Notes under the pieces: model-generated
Seen by the model: the letters and a program-made list of their open reading frames with translations, nothing else
Told to the model about the DNA's origin: nothing
Database searches by the model: none
Program-made: the position numbers and the translations under genes
In this document: positions 27,444 through 39,389 of the stretch, piece after piece
How the letters are laid out: every line of letters starts with the position of its first letter
How positions within the stretch are numbered: position 1 is the first letter of the stretch
From: Mobula birostris
Taxonomy: Eukaryota
Reading direction: 5' to 3'
DNA: 64,000 nt
Assembly: GCF_030028105.1 (NCBI RefSeq)
Contig: NC_092379.1
Span: forward strand, 27,459,821-27,523,820

Positions 27444-28330
27444 TGTCACATGACCAGCAACAATGAATACATAATTGGGTCATGTCTTATAAACAAACAA
27501 ACATTTATTAAACTTTGCTATACAATAGCGAAACGAATTCAAACGACTAACTAGCCGGAAGTTAACTGCTATACGGCACCTCTGGAGCAGATCTTAAAGT
27601 GGTAATTTCGAACATTCTTCTTAAAGTGGTAAATTCAAACACAGTCTTAAAATGGTAAAATCGAAAGTCCAAGTGATTTACACAGTCAATAAGGAGTGAC
27701 TCCTCTGGAAACTGATTTCTTCGAAGTCGTGACGTTACTGCTGATTCTCCGAAGGATTCACGATGAAGGAAATAAAATGGCTTAAAGGAACTGACCTTTT
27801 CCTTGGAAATGAACACTGATATAAATCTTTCTGATCTTACAGGGCTTATCTCAGATGCAGGTCCCTATTTCTGAACGAAGATTCAATAAGGTCGATCCTT
27901 TATGAAACCGCCGAACGACACCAACTTTACTCAATCATTCATGTTCCCGTACTTTAATTATGTTTTCTCTCTCCAACACTGGACTGTAAAGGTAAATCAA
28001 GGGAAACCCCAAACAAAACTGGCAGCGATTGCTGAAATTGTCGGTACAACGATTTTATCTTACAATAGAAACTAAAACTCCACTTTAAAACAAAACTGCG
28101 TTATGAGATGAATACGCAGCATAACAGCGTAACTGACAAAGTAACGAAATTAACTGCGTCACAACAGGGGTTTGTCTTTATATACATGTTAGGAACTTGC
28201 ATCACGTGACCTCACACTGGCGGGAAAATCACATCACACGCCATTACAAGACCATTACACCATGCTCATAAGATACTCAATTACATCATGGTAGTAAATC
28301 AATCAGAAGATACCCACGAGGCATGTAATA
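27444..28330 (-). mobile_element. Solo LTR of the Gmr1-like family (copy 2)
   Basis: TGTCACATG...GCATGTAATA; flanks CGAC/CTAC (4-bp TSD with one mismatch); colinear with the other two copies. Confidence 0.85.
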
Positions 28331-28379
28331 CTACATTAATTGTTTCTCATCTCGGTTCAAAAATGACGTTCCTGTATTC

Positions 28380-28520
28380 CAATAAAATGCCCTTCAGTTC
28401 TCAAAAGAAGTCGCTGGTATCGGATATATCATCTTTCCGACCATTATTTCTTTGTAATGTCGATGCGCAATAGGTTCAATGAGATCAATCTTGACATTAT
28501 TGGGTTATATGCCCAGATCA
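28380..28520 (+). mobile_element. L1-type RT fragment
   Basis: SFRPLFLCNVDAQ resembles the L1 RT motif SYRPISLLNVDAK. Confidence 0.45.
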
Positions 28521-28958
28521 GTAAAACGTGCTTCAGATATTAACCTTTTCATTCCCGAGGATATTCGACTGATGGGACTCTGGGGATTTACAATTTCCAG
28601 CATATTCTTACCTAGATTAAGGTGTAAACTTGCTTACAATATTGTAAGTGCAGTTCGGCAAATGCCTTTTACATCCCAACCGTGCTAGTTTTCGCCTTGT
28701 TCCCGCGGAACACCAACATAGCATTTCCCTGCCCTATATACCAACACAGCCTTCAAGATAACATTTATTTTGTTTTTGAATCTGATCCCCAGTTATTAAA
28801 TACTTTGCGCCCATAGCCCATCTACCGATATGCCCGACGAACCACTCACCTACACTGTCTTTTTATTATATTCCATTGCCTATTTCCTAATTTGTTTATT
28901 TTTTTTTTTTGCTGGTTCTTGCATCCAGAGCAGTCTTTGTGTAGTTCGGTACTTCCGT

Positions 28959-31900
28959 GATAAGACCATAAGACAAAGAAGCAGAAGTCGGTCATTCGTC
29001 CCATCGAGCCTGCTCCGCCATTTTAATCATGAGCTGATCCATTCTCCCATTTAGTCCCACTCCCCTGCCTTCTCACCATAACCTTTGATGCCCTGGCTGC
29101 TCAGATACCTATTAATCTCTGCTTTAAATACACCCAATGACCTGGCCTCCACTGCTGCCCGTGGCAACAAGTTCCAAAGATTCATCACCCTCTGACTAAA
29201 AAAAAAAATCTTCGCATTTCCGTTCTGAATGGGCGCCCTTCGATCCTTAAGTCATGCTGTCTCGTACAGACTCCCCCATCATAGGAAATAATTTTGCTAC
29301 ATCCACTCTGTCCATACCTTTCGACATTTGGAATGTTTCTATGAGGTCTTCCTGCATTCTTCTAAACTCCAAGGAATACAGTCCAAGAGCAGACAAACGT
29401 TCCTCATATGTTAACCCTCTCATTCCCGGAATCATTCTTGTGAATCTTGTCTGTACCCTCTCCAACGTCAGCACATCTTTTCTTAAATAAGGAGACCAAA
29501 ACTGCCCACAGTACTCCAAGTGAGGTCTCACCAGCGCTTTAAAGAGCCTCAACATCATATCCTGGCTCCTATACTCTATTCCTCTAGAAATGATTGCCAA
29601 CATTACATTCGCCTTCTTCACTACCGGCTCAACCTGAAGGTTAACCTTAAGGGTAACCTGTACGAGGACTCCCAAGTCCCGTTGCATCTCAGAACTTTAA
29701 ATTCTTGCCCAATTTAAATAATAGTCTGCCCATTTATTTCTTCTGCCAAAGTGCATATCCATACACTTTCCAACATTGTATTTCATTTTCCACTTCTCTG
29801 CCCATTCTTCCAATCTATCCAAGTCTCTCTGCAGACTCTCCGTTTCCTCAGCACTACCGGCCCGCCACCTATTTTCGTACTGTCAGCAAACTTAGCCACA
29901 AAGCGTTCTATTCCATAATCCAAATCGTTGATGTACAATGTAAAAAGAAGCGGCCCCAACACGGACCCCTGTGGAAAACCAATGATAACCGGCAGCCAAC
30001 CAGAATAGGATCTCTTTATTCCCATTCTCTGTTTCCTGCCAATCAGCCAACGCTCTATCCAAGTATTTACCATTCCCGTAATTCTGTGGGCTCTTATCTT
30101 GTTAAGTAGCCTCATGTGTGGCACCTTCTCAAAGGCCTTCTGAAATTCCGATGGTACAACATCCACTGCATCTCCATTGTCTACCCTACTGGTAATTTCC
30201 TCAAAACATTGTAATAGGTTTGTCAGGCAGGATTTTCCTTGAACGAATCCATGCTGAGTTCTGCCTTTCTTGTCATATGCCTCCAGGTACTCTGTAACCT
30301 CATCCTTGTCAATCGACTCCAACAACTTCCCAACTACCGATGTCAACCTAACAGGTCTATAATTTCCTTTTTGCTTCCTTGCCCCCTTCTTAAACAGCAA
30401 AGTGCCATTTGCAATCTTCCAGTCCTCCGGAACCATGCCGGAATCTATCAGCTTTTGAAAGACCATCGTTAATGCCCCCGCAATCTCCACAGCTACTTCC
30501 TTCAGAACACGCGGGTGCATTCCATCTGCTCTGGGAGATTTATCTACCTTCAGACTATTCAGCGTCCTGAGTACTTTCGCTGTCGTAATTGTGACTGCGC
30601 ACACTTCTCTTCCCTGCCACCCTTGAGCGTCCGGTATACTGCTGATCTTTTCCTCAGAGAAGACTGATGCGAAATACTTGTTCAGTTCCTCTGCCAGCTC
30701 CTTATCTCCCATTGCAATTTCTCCAGCATTAGTTTCTATCGGTCCTATATCGACTCTCATCTGTCGTTTACTCTTTATATACTTGAAAAAGCTTTTAGTA
30801 TCCTATTTGATAAGATTTGCTAGCTTCGTATAAGAGTTACTCTTTTCCCTCTTAATGACCTCCTTCGTTTCCATTTGTAAGGTTTTAAAAACATCCCAAT
30901 CCTCTGTCTTCCCATTATTTTTTTCCTCCTTGTATGCACTCTCCTTTGCTTTAACTTTGGCTTTGACTTCTCTTGTCAACCACGGCTGCATCCTTTTTTC
31001 CATTCGAAACTTTCTTCTTTTTTTTGGAATATACCTCGCTTGCACCTTCCTCACTTCTCGCATAAACTCTAGCCACTGCTGCTGTGCCGTCTTTCCCGCC
31101 AGTGTCCCTTTCCAGTCAACCTTGGCCAGTTCCTCTCTCATGCCATTGCAATTTCTTTTACTCCGCTGAAATACAGACAAATCAGTTTTCGGCTCCTCTT
31201 ATTCAAATTTCACAGTGAAGTCAATCACGTTATGATCACTGCGTCCTAATGGTTCCTTCACCTCAATCTCTGTAATCACCTCCGGTTCATTACACAATAT
31301 CCAATCCAATACAGCCGAACCCGTAGTGGGCTTAACAGCAAGCTCTTCTAAAAGCCAACTGGCAGGCATTCTACAAATTCTCGCTCTTGAGATCCAGTGC
31401 CGACCTGATTTTCCCAATCCACTCGCATGCTAAAACCCCCCACAATTATCATAACACTGCCCCTCTGACAAGCCTTTACTATTTCCTGTTGAAATGTGTA
31501 GTCCACAGCACTGCAGCTGTTTGGGGGCCTATAAATAACTGCTATCAGTGTCCTTTTACCCCTGCGATTTCTTAGCTTAACCCTTCTGATCCTATATCAC
31601 CTCTTTCTAATGATTTAATATTATTTCTTACCAATAAAGCCACGCCTCCCCCTCTGACTACCCGATATGCCGTGTATCCTTGGACATTCAGATCGCAGAA
31701 ACATGCATCCTTTAGCCACGTCTCAGTGATGGCCACAATGTCATATCTGCCAATCTGTAGCTGTACGACAAGATCATCCACCTTATTCCTTATGCTGCGT
31801 GAATTTAAGTATAACACCTTAGGACCAGTATTTGGTACTTTTTGCTTTGATTTCACTGCAACTTTATTGCACTGCAATGGCTACAAATTTGCCCCATCAC

Positions 31901-32345
31901 CTGCCTCTCTTTCCTGACATCCTTACTGCTCTCTATCTTAGATTTATTTTTGTTTTCCCCTTCCTCCTCTCTGTCATTCCGGTTTCCACCCCTCTGCCAA
32001 CTTAGTTTAAACTCTCCCAAACAACTCTAATAAACTTCCCCGCCAGGATATTGGTCCCCTTCTGCTTCAGGTGTAACCTGTCCTTTTTGAACAGGTCATA
32101 CTTCCCCCAGAAGAGATCCCAATTATCCAAGAATCTGAAGCCCTGCCCCATTGACCCAGCCTCTCAGCCACGAATTCATCTGCCAGATCCTACTATTCTT
32201 GCCCTCGCTAGCACGTGGCACATGTAGCATCCCGAGATTACTACTCTGGAGGTCTTGCTTCTCAGCTTCCTTCGTAACTCCTGGAAATCACTCTTCAGGA
32301 TCTCTTCCTTATCGGGAGCATTGGCATACAACATGTTTATGGGGA
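28959..32345 (-). mobile_element. Near full-length CR1 (ORF1 end, EN, RT, 3' tail), disrupted
   Basis: LYLNSRSIRNKVDDL...YDIVAITETWL (APE), 325-aa RT fragment 29783-30760 (NYRPVRLTSVVGKLLE, QGSVLGPLLFTLYINDL), RPHLEYCGQFWSP; (ATAAGACC) tail. Confidence 0.95.
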
Positions 32346-32949
32346 ATTTTGGCATACAACGATCAAAAAATAAATAAATAAAATGAAACGTCGGTGGCAA
32401 CACTGACGCTTATGAAACACCAGTAGTCCTACGCAGCCACCCAGAAAACGTAGCTTGTATTCCACCTTTCTACTCCTGCATTCAGCAGGTCTACTAGCCA
32501 TGCTAATATCCTCACTTTAATTTCCTGGATTCTTATTTTCATTTGCTACCCTATGTGCAGCACCTTGTCGAAGACAATTTTGTATTCTTTTTTCCATTTT
32601 ATTTCTGTGCCCCTCTATACTGACGTATATTGTAATAATCTAATTTGAGATATAATTTACTTTCGGCACCGGCATGTCAATTGTGGCAAGAAGATGACAT
32701 AGTCCAGTAAAGACTTTATTCTATCATTGAGTCAAACATTAAAGGGTGTAGGTTTAAGTTGTAAGGATTGATCATACGAAACGTAGAAATTATTTCTTTA
32801 AAACAAAAACGCGAACGTGTTAACATATGCAACCTGCTTACAAATAGGGTGATGTAAACACGTGAAATGACTGTATTTCAGATGCATACGTTGGCGAAGG
32901 TGAGTGGGTCTATATATACAGTAGAAAGCCGACGTTCGGAGAGATATGG

Positions 32950-33537
32950 TCGGTGGAAATTCGGTTTTCTTTGCTGAAATACCAATTGGCTGAATGGCAA
33001 GTGACGCTTTATCGCCATCCTGCTTGAGTAGCATAAACGGGAAGCAGACGTGAAAGCAGAATGAAATAGATATTTAGGAAACTGTATGTGCTCTACGTCT
33101 CCTTAACCTATTCGCAAATGTTCGGTTTCTCACTGAGAGAATACACCTCCTATGTTTAGAGTGAACAGAATCGGATCAAAACAACTGATTTTTTCAAGAG
33201 ACTCTACAATGTCACTTCCGATTCTTCCATCTTTGTCTGAGTGGCTTACATGCAGATCATTTTTTTTTCCAAAGTAGTAGTAATATACGTCAGGTCTCGT
33301 CTTATCTGCCAGTAATGAAATGATCGGTTGCGTTGAGGAATAAAGAAGAAGTTAGGGATTGGCCCAATTAAGGAAAACAGTTGGTTTAAGAAGTGCTGGA
33401 GAAGCCACGAGTTTTCTACTTAATGAACAATAATATAACGAGCGGAAAGAGAGACATCACACTCCTTCCGTATTTTGTATTAACGCTTACTTATCAAAAA
33501 GATCATTTCGCTTGAAATTCAAAGAGTCGATATCAGC
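32950..33537 (+). promoter_or_regulatory. V2 upstream/promoter block, conserved in the V3 and V4 cassettes
   Basis: TGACGCTTTATCG, TGTCACTTCCGATTCTTCCAT, TCTTATCTGCCAG and GACATCACACTCCTTCCG recur at equivalent positions upstream of V3 and V4. Confidence 0.6.
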
Positions 33538-34619
33538 ANNNNNNNNNNNNNNNNNNNNNNNNNNNNNNNNNNNNNNNNNNNNNNNNNNNNNNNNNNNNNN
33601 NNNNNNNNNNNNNNNNNNNNNNNNNNNNNNNNNNNNNNNNNNNNNNNNNNNNNNNNNNNNNNNNNNNNNNNNNNNNNNNNNNNNNNNNNNNNNNNNNNNN
33701 NNNNNNNNNNNNNNNNNNNNNNNNNNNNNNNNNNNNNNNNNNNNNNNNNNNNNNNNNNNNNNNTATTCCTGGCCGGTAAGTTGTAGGCTTTTTTTTTTTT
33801 TTTTGCCGTTTCGAACATTGCGCTTTTCATCCGTGCAGAACTGCTTAAATTCTCCGTCAATACCGCAAACCAATATTGACAACGGCAGGTAAACAATCAG
33901 AGGAGTGCAAACGGTGTGCGGCTGCAGATCTTCTCTAACTGACATTGTAATGGTTCATGGGAGCTTCGAAGGCGAGTATAGTTGACTCCATTACTACTTC
34001 TGACGGTAAAACATCATGTCTTTTTTTTTTTTCCCGCTTGGAATGTAATGGAGAACTGCACACTCTAATAAAGGAGGTTGGTCGGAATTATATATTTTGT
34101 TTCATTTTTTTTTCTTATTTCCTTTGTTTTTTTTTTAATAATTGAATTGAATTCCCCATATCTCCTTACCTGACATCCCTACGAATCTCTGCAGGATGGA
34201 TATTTAGAACTGAATTCTCCCCACCCTCAATTCAGAACAGTAGAAAATATCATATGACGTTTAACAGGGTGGTATTATTTATGTGAAATATGTTTCGGAC
34301 TCTTTCATGATATGGTCGAGGCGGTGTCATTTATCTGACACCACCTACGTTCACAATGATTGACGAGAGTGATGCTGTGTTGAACTGTAACTAATCTACT
34401 ACAAGCACTGGCAATTTTGCGTTACGTATTGTGGTACCGTCAGTATCCCGGTGGTTATCTGGTGCTCCTATTGCACTGGACGAAATATGACGGTAACCAA
34501 AGGGAAATTCCAGGGCAGCGTTTCAGGACGCAGCTGGATGATTTGATGGGAACTGTCCCACTGACTGTGTCTGAAGTACAGCTAGCAGACGTGGCCACAT
34601 ACTTCTGTGCACTGAAACC
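33538..34619 (+). pseudogene. TCR V segment V2 pseudogene (family 2); leader end 33764-33775, intron 33776-34308, V exon 34309-34619
   Basis: Homologous to V3 and V4; acceptor AG changed to AT (34307-34308), in-frame TAA at 34392, 4-nt insertion before the Trp codon, RSS heptamer AACAAAG; most of the leader is in the N gap. Confidence 0.92.
33539..33763. other. Assembly gap (225 N)
   Basis: Run of N. Confidence 1.
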
Positions 34620-34658
34620 AACAAAGGCAAATACCTAATCGGTGATAGTAGAAAAACC
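34620..34658 (+). other. Defective 23-RSS of V2
   Basis: AACAAAG, 23 nt, AGAAAAACC; the first C of CAC is lost. Confidence 0.85.
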
Positions 34659-35319
34659 TACATGGTCTTCCAAGATTCACCTGGTTGTAAGTGCAACTTC
34701 GTGTGCAGCTGCAAATCTAAGCTTGTCCGGCAATTTGGCCTATACCCTTATGTTTAGGTCATTATTATTCAGCTTTGAATATACTAATCTGCATAGTTTT
34801 AACCAGTTACTTCTGAATCTGCTGTCCTGCGCATTTTTCTAAATGATCCCAATACAGTTATTCAAAGCAGCTAAAGAAAGCACACTGAAGGTTTGTTGTT
34901 TTATTTGTTTCCCAAATGCGATATTCTCTGTTGTAGTAAGTTAGATTCAGGTTTAATGTTGAATCAGGTTCACTGGTCTGGCAGTTGAGAATGAAATCGC
35001 ACTGTGTTCCAATAGGTTTGCTGATCATTAATATAACAAACAGTAATTATTTGACCAAGCATTCATTTCCCCCAAGTTGCAACCTCTAAAAAGCTGAATA
35101 TTCAAAAATATACGAACATTAAAGGAACATACTCTGATGTAAGTGTTCACAGTGTATACTTTCCTATCATCATATGCATCATTGTCTAAAACAAAGGTAG
35201 AACAGTGGCAGACCCTTCTGCAGGCCGTTTTATATTCCCAAGACATTTGAAACTGGATACGAGGCAGCTACCCAATGGGAAATGCAGCTGCACCTTCTAA
35301 ATAAACAAATCATAACCGA

Positions 35320-35398
35320 ACACGTGGAATTCTGCAGATGCTGGAAATTCAAGCAACACACATCAAAGTTGCTGGTGAACGCAGCAGGCCAGGCATAA
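35320..35398. mobile_element. Short Penelope terminal fragment
   Basis: TCTGCAGATGCTGGAAAT...CAAAGTTGCTGGTGAACGCAGCAGGCCAGGCA, related to 56135-56185. Confidence 0.55.
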
Positions 35399-38010
35399 CC
35401 GAATTGTTTTTGAATAGCAGAATAATCCACGGTCCCACAGGGCCACCCACCCATCGAAAGTTGCGAACGAAATTATCCAACCCTCAGAGGAGTGTAACTT
35501 TCACGACCTCCGTACTAAGTTATAAACGAAAGACAAGAGTACAATATCCAGTACCGTAATCAAATAGTCACCCTCTAGTGTATTATAGTAGTCCAAAAGG
35601 CCAGCGGCTTCAACGTGAAGTGTAACAGCCAACGAAACGGGTCTCCCACTTAATCTTATACACGACTCTCATGTATGACCAACCAAGTTGTGTGATGTTC
35701 ACCAACCCATCAGTAATGTAGGCGCAGCAATTTACTCAGTGGCAGTACAAGTGTCAGGTTGCTTTCTGAGCAAGAAATCGAAGCTTCATTTCGCGAGACC
35801 CTCTGGCCGTACCATGCTGAGAAAGACTATCATTCAACACATCGGTCCAACATAACAGCCCTAATACCGACCAGCATAGAAAAGATGTTTATTCATTGCA
35901 CTGGGTGGAAGATATAGAGAACCACATAGCAATGACACCTGTCTGTGAAACCAATTGGTAGGCTGAAGGACTTCATGTACAATAAGTGTCATTCAGCTTC
36001 TAACACGTTCCCAGCCTCAGTACACAATTTGGCACAATCAGAGACATCCCAAGATACTGTTCCTGCTCACCTTGTCGCTGTCGCTGTGCTGAACATACCA
36101 CCGACATCAACACTTTGTCAGCAGGGAATTTCATTTTATGAGACTGAAAATTGCAACTATATAAATTGTGTACAGGGAAATACAAGCCCTCAAAAGAGTC
36201 TCTCCAGCAGGGCTCATGTCCCATAAGACTGCAACATTACGGATGAGGTTTTTGCAATATTCTAACCCCATTCAAATCACAAAAAGTAAATGGAAACTCA
36301 TGAGTGGACAGATAATTTTCCAGCTACAGTTTTTTTTTTAATCGTCAAAGAGATGGAAATCAATGGAACTCCTTTGTGATGTCGTAAGGAATCTTCTTAG
36401 AAATCTGACCCATCAGATCGAATGCCATCCACAGGAGTGTATAACAGGATTGCCCACTACACATTGCCATTCAGCACTTTGAAATTCTGTAATGTAGGGT
36501 GATGCATACGCTGTAGCTCCTGATTAATTACTGGACGTAATGAAAACACACACAAAAAAAAAAAACATTGAAATTGCGAGGATTGCTTCCGAATTTTTCA
36601 GTTCCCTTTCAAATCTGGACATGTTTGCCTTCAACAAAGGAAAAATAGAGCATGAGTCTTCCACGTGCTGATTTATATACCCAAGATATCTGAAACTGGA
36701 CAGCAGGCACGTATCCAATGGAAAAAAAAACCGTAGCAGCTTCTAAATTACCTAGTCTCAACGGCGACAGTCAGAATAAGTCTCGCTCCCACAGGATAGC
36801 AGTACAGCAACAGTTTCTGTGGGAGGGTCATGCGTTGTCCCGTATATATAACTTTGTGGAAATGTTGCCTGCGTCCGCTTTTATTTCATCCAATAAATAA
36901 TACTGATTACACCTTTTTCTGATATTACCTACCTTTACCTTCATTCCGATCTAATCTGCAAATACGTTATATTGAGCAACAGCAAACTAATATTGCAGGT
37001 GGTTGAGTCCGCTCTTAGCAGTGACAAGTATCTGAGTACGTTTGTACCAGAAGAATGTGTTTATTGTCTCGCAGTACCATACACTGAGGCAATAAAACGA
37101 TGAGCACTTTTGAAGGTGCAGCATAGCTTTTGCTAAACGCTGCCCAGCTGAAAGCACATACTTATGGAGAGTATCTATTTGCAGTTCCATCACATTCGGT
37201 TTGTATTGAAAAAAAAGGTTCTTCAGAGATATAAACAGACGATACGTATAGGGCACCGGCTGAGAGACCTGTAACCAAAGTGTGAACGGACACAACGTAA
37301 CAGGGAATGGTGCAACAGGAACAGCATATCACAATATGTTTTCAGAACTGGAATAATTTAAAAATAAATCTTCCTTAAATGGAGGCTTTGTGACGAGTAA
37401 CTGGGGAAGTGCCAGGACACAGCTAAATGGGGGTGTGGCAAGTTTAATGGAAATAAGGTTTCTGCATCTACAATGTTGCTGAGTATCGTAACTTGGCAAA
37501 TTTGAAGTAATATGAACACTCCAAATCCATTGTTAGTTGTAAGATTATAACATGGTTTGATGTTGCGCTAAAGGTGGAATATATGATATGTCCGTAAATG
37601 AAGGAATGTCCTGGGTTATATAGTCTTTGACTGTGGTGAAAACTGTACAGACTGAAGAGTGATGAATCCCCTGAACAAGAAACTCGATAATAGAACCTAT
37701 AAATTGGTCCAGGTTTGCTAAATAAATCTAGACAACACTTTGTTCCTTCCAATTTAGTACTTCATAGATATTAATGGGAGAAATGCGCGCCGGTACGACA
37801 GAGAACATTTTACTGCAACAGTATTACATAGACTTGGCAGAAGAAAGCGCAGCCAGGGACAGACAGTGTCATGTCCATGAACGGTTTTCGCTTCTGTCAC
37901 AGTGGAGTCAAAGGTCCCACACGAGCGAATTAAGGAAAGGTTATCACTCTTCAGCGATGTAGTTCCTGAGTGGGCGTGCAGAACTTCACTCAGCTCATTC
38001 CGGACCTGAT

Positions 38011-39180
38011 TGCCATAACGGTGAGCGTTGGGAACGGACCCAAATGGAAGACACAGACACTGAAGTACTAGGAGCAGGACTAAGTGAGACAAGGAAGCAA
38101 GAGAAGTGGGGAAGAAACGACGTTCAACATGACACAGGCCCTGGAAGAGGCGAGGACACAGGCCCTGGGCTGGGACTAGACTAGGGAAGCGGGACCTGGA
38201 CGAGTAAATAGGAACTAGGAACCTGGACAAGGACTCCGAGCCACATATTGGACAGGGATCCGTAACCTAGGTCTTGACTCGAGCTCGGACCCGGATCTAG
38301 GCGAGGACAAGACCTGGCTACAGGGCGAGGAGTGACAACAGGGCTGATCGTGAGACTCCTGGACAGTAGGACGGATCTCCAGCACCGGACGAGGGAACTC
38401 CAGCAGCGGGCTGGCCAAGGTACTATTGGGCTGGGTGAGACACATGGACAGGACGAGAACACGAAGCCTTGACTTGGTCGAGGGAAACAAGAACGCAGAA
38501 CTTTGGTCGAGGGAGAACAGGTACGCAGAACCTTGGTCGAGGGAGAACAGGTACGCAGACCTTGGTCGTGAGAGAACAAGAACATGGAACACAGAGCCCG
38601 GATCGCTCCTTGGGAACAGGACTTGGGGCCGGGGCTCTACACAGAGACAGGACCCCTCCTAGAGAGCAGGACGTAGAGCCAAGACTCATACACAGAACAC
38701 TGAGAGACAGATCACCACTCAAGGTAGCGGTAAACGGCCGGACCAACGCAGCGAAGGCGTGGACACAGAGACAGTTCCCAACTCGACGTAGTGGCAAATG
38801 GCAGGTCCTTCCTAGCGATGGCGAGGACACAAAGAAACAATTCCAAACAACCAAACACAGTTCCTTATCTAAACACAGCAAGGCCCCGATCTGACCCTAG
38901 AGGTTTTAACTGACGGCGTTACCGGGAGGACCCAGGCGAAGGTAGCAGCCGTGGCTTCAGGCGGAGGTCGCAGGCGATGCTTCAGAAGCAAGGGGAAGGG
39001 GAGGGAACAGTCCAGCAATTGAAGCTGAGGCATGAGCTATTTATGTAGCCAGCCCAAATTAGAGTCATGGGCTTCAATATAGACACCCAAGAGAACAACG
39101 GAAAACCGGAAAACCTGTAATAAGGATCAATGGATTGATCCGTGGAACGGAATGCGAAGTTCAAGGACCGAGCCATGACA
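38011..39180. mobile_element. Solo-LTR-like element (family B, copy 2) with a 30-bp minisatellite
   Basis: TGCCATA...CATGACA; TSD CTGAT/CTCAT; the paralogous cassette shows the empty site (CTGAT at about 50828); about four 30-bp units at 38455-38580. Confidence 0.85.
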
Positions 39181-39389
39181 CTCATTGCATAACTGACAGA
39201 CTCACTTTAATAATAACTCGTAGTCGCAGCAATATTTTTTGTTTTAATTTGCCCCTGTCGTCTTCTTTTATACGCTAATTGTGTTCCCGTCTATAGTTAC
39301 GCATGTTGTAACTATTTATTTTCTAATAATCTACGACAGCACCATCTACAACTATTCAATTTAAAGACTGCCAGGGCATTCTGGGGAGA

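Noticed and set aside
33487-33945. ORFs spanning the N run
   Set aside because: Artefacts of the assembly gap.
36987-37295. Minus-strand ORF with CETINTFFWYKR, resembling an inverted V remnant
   Set aside because: Cys-Trp spacing is too short, there is no YxC or RSS, and the paralogous blocks have Arg instead of Trp.
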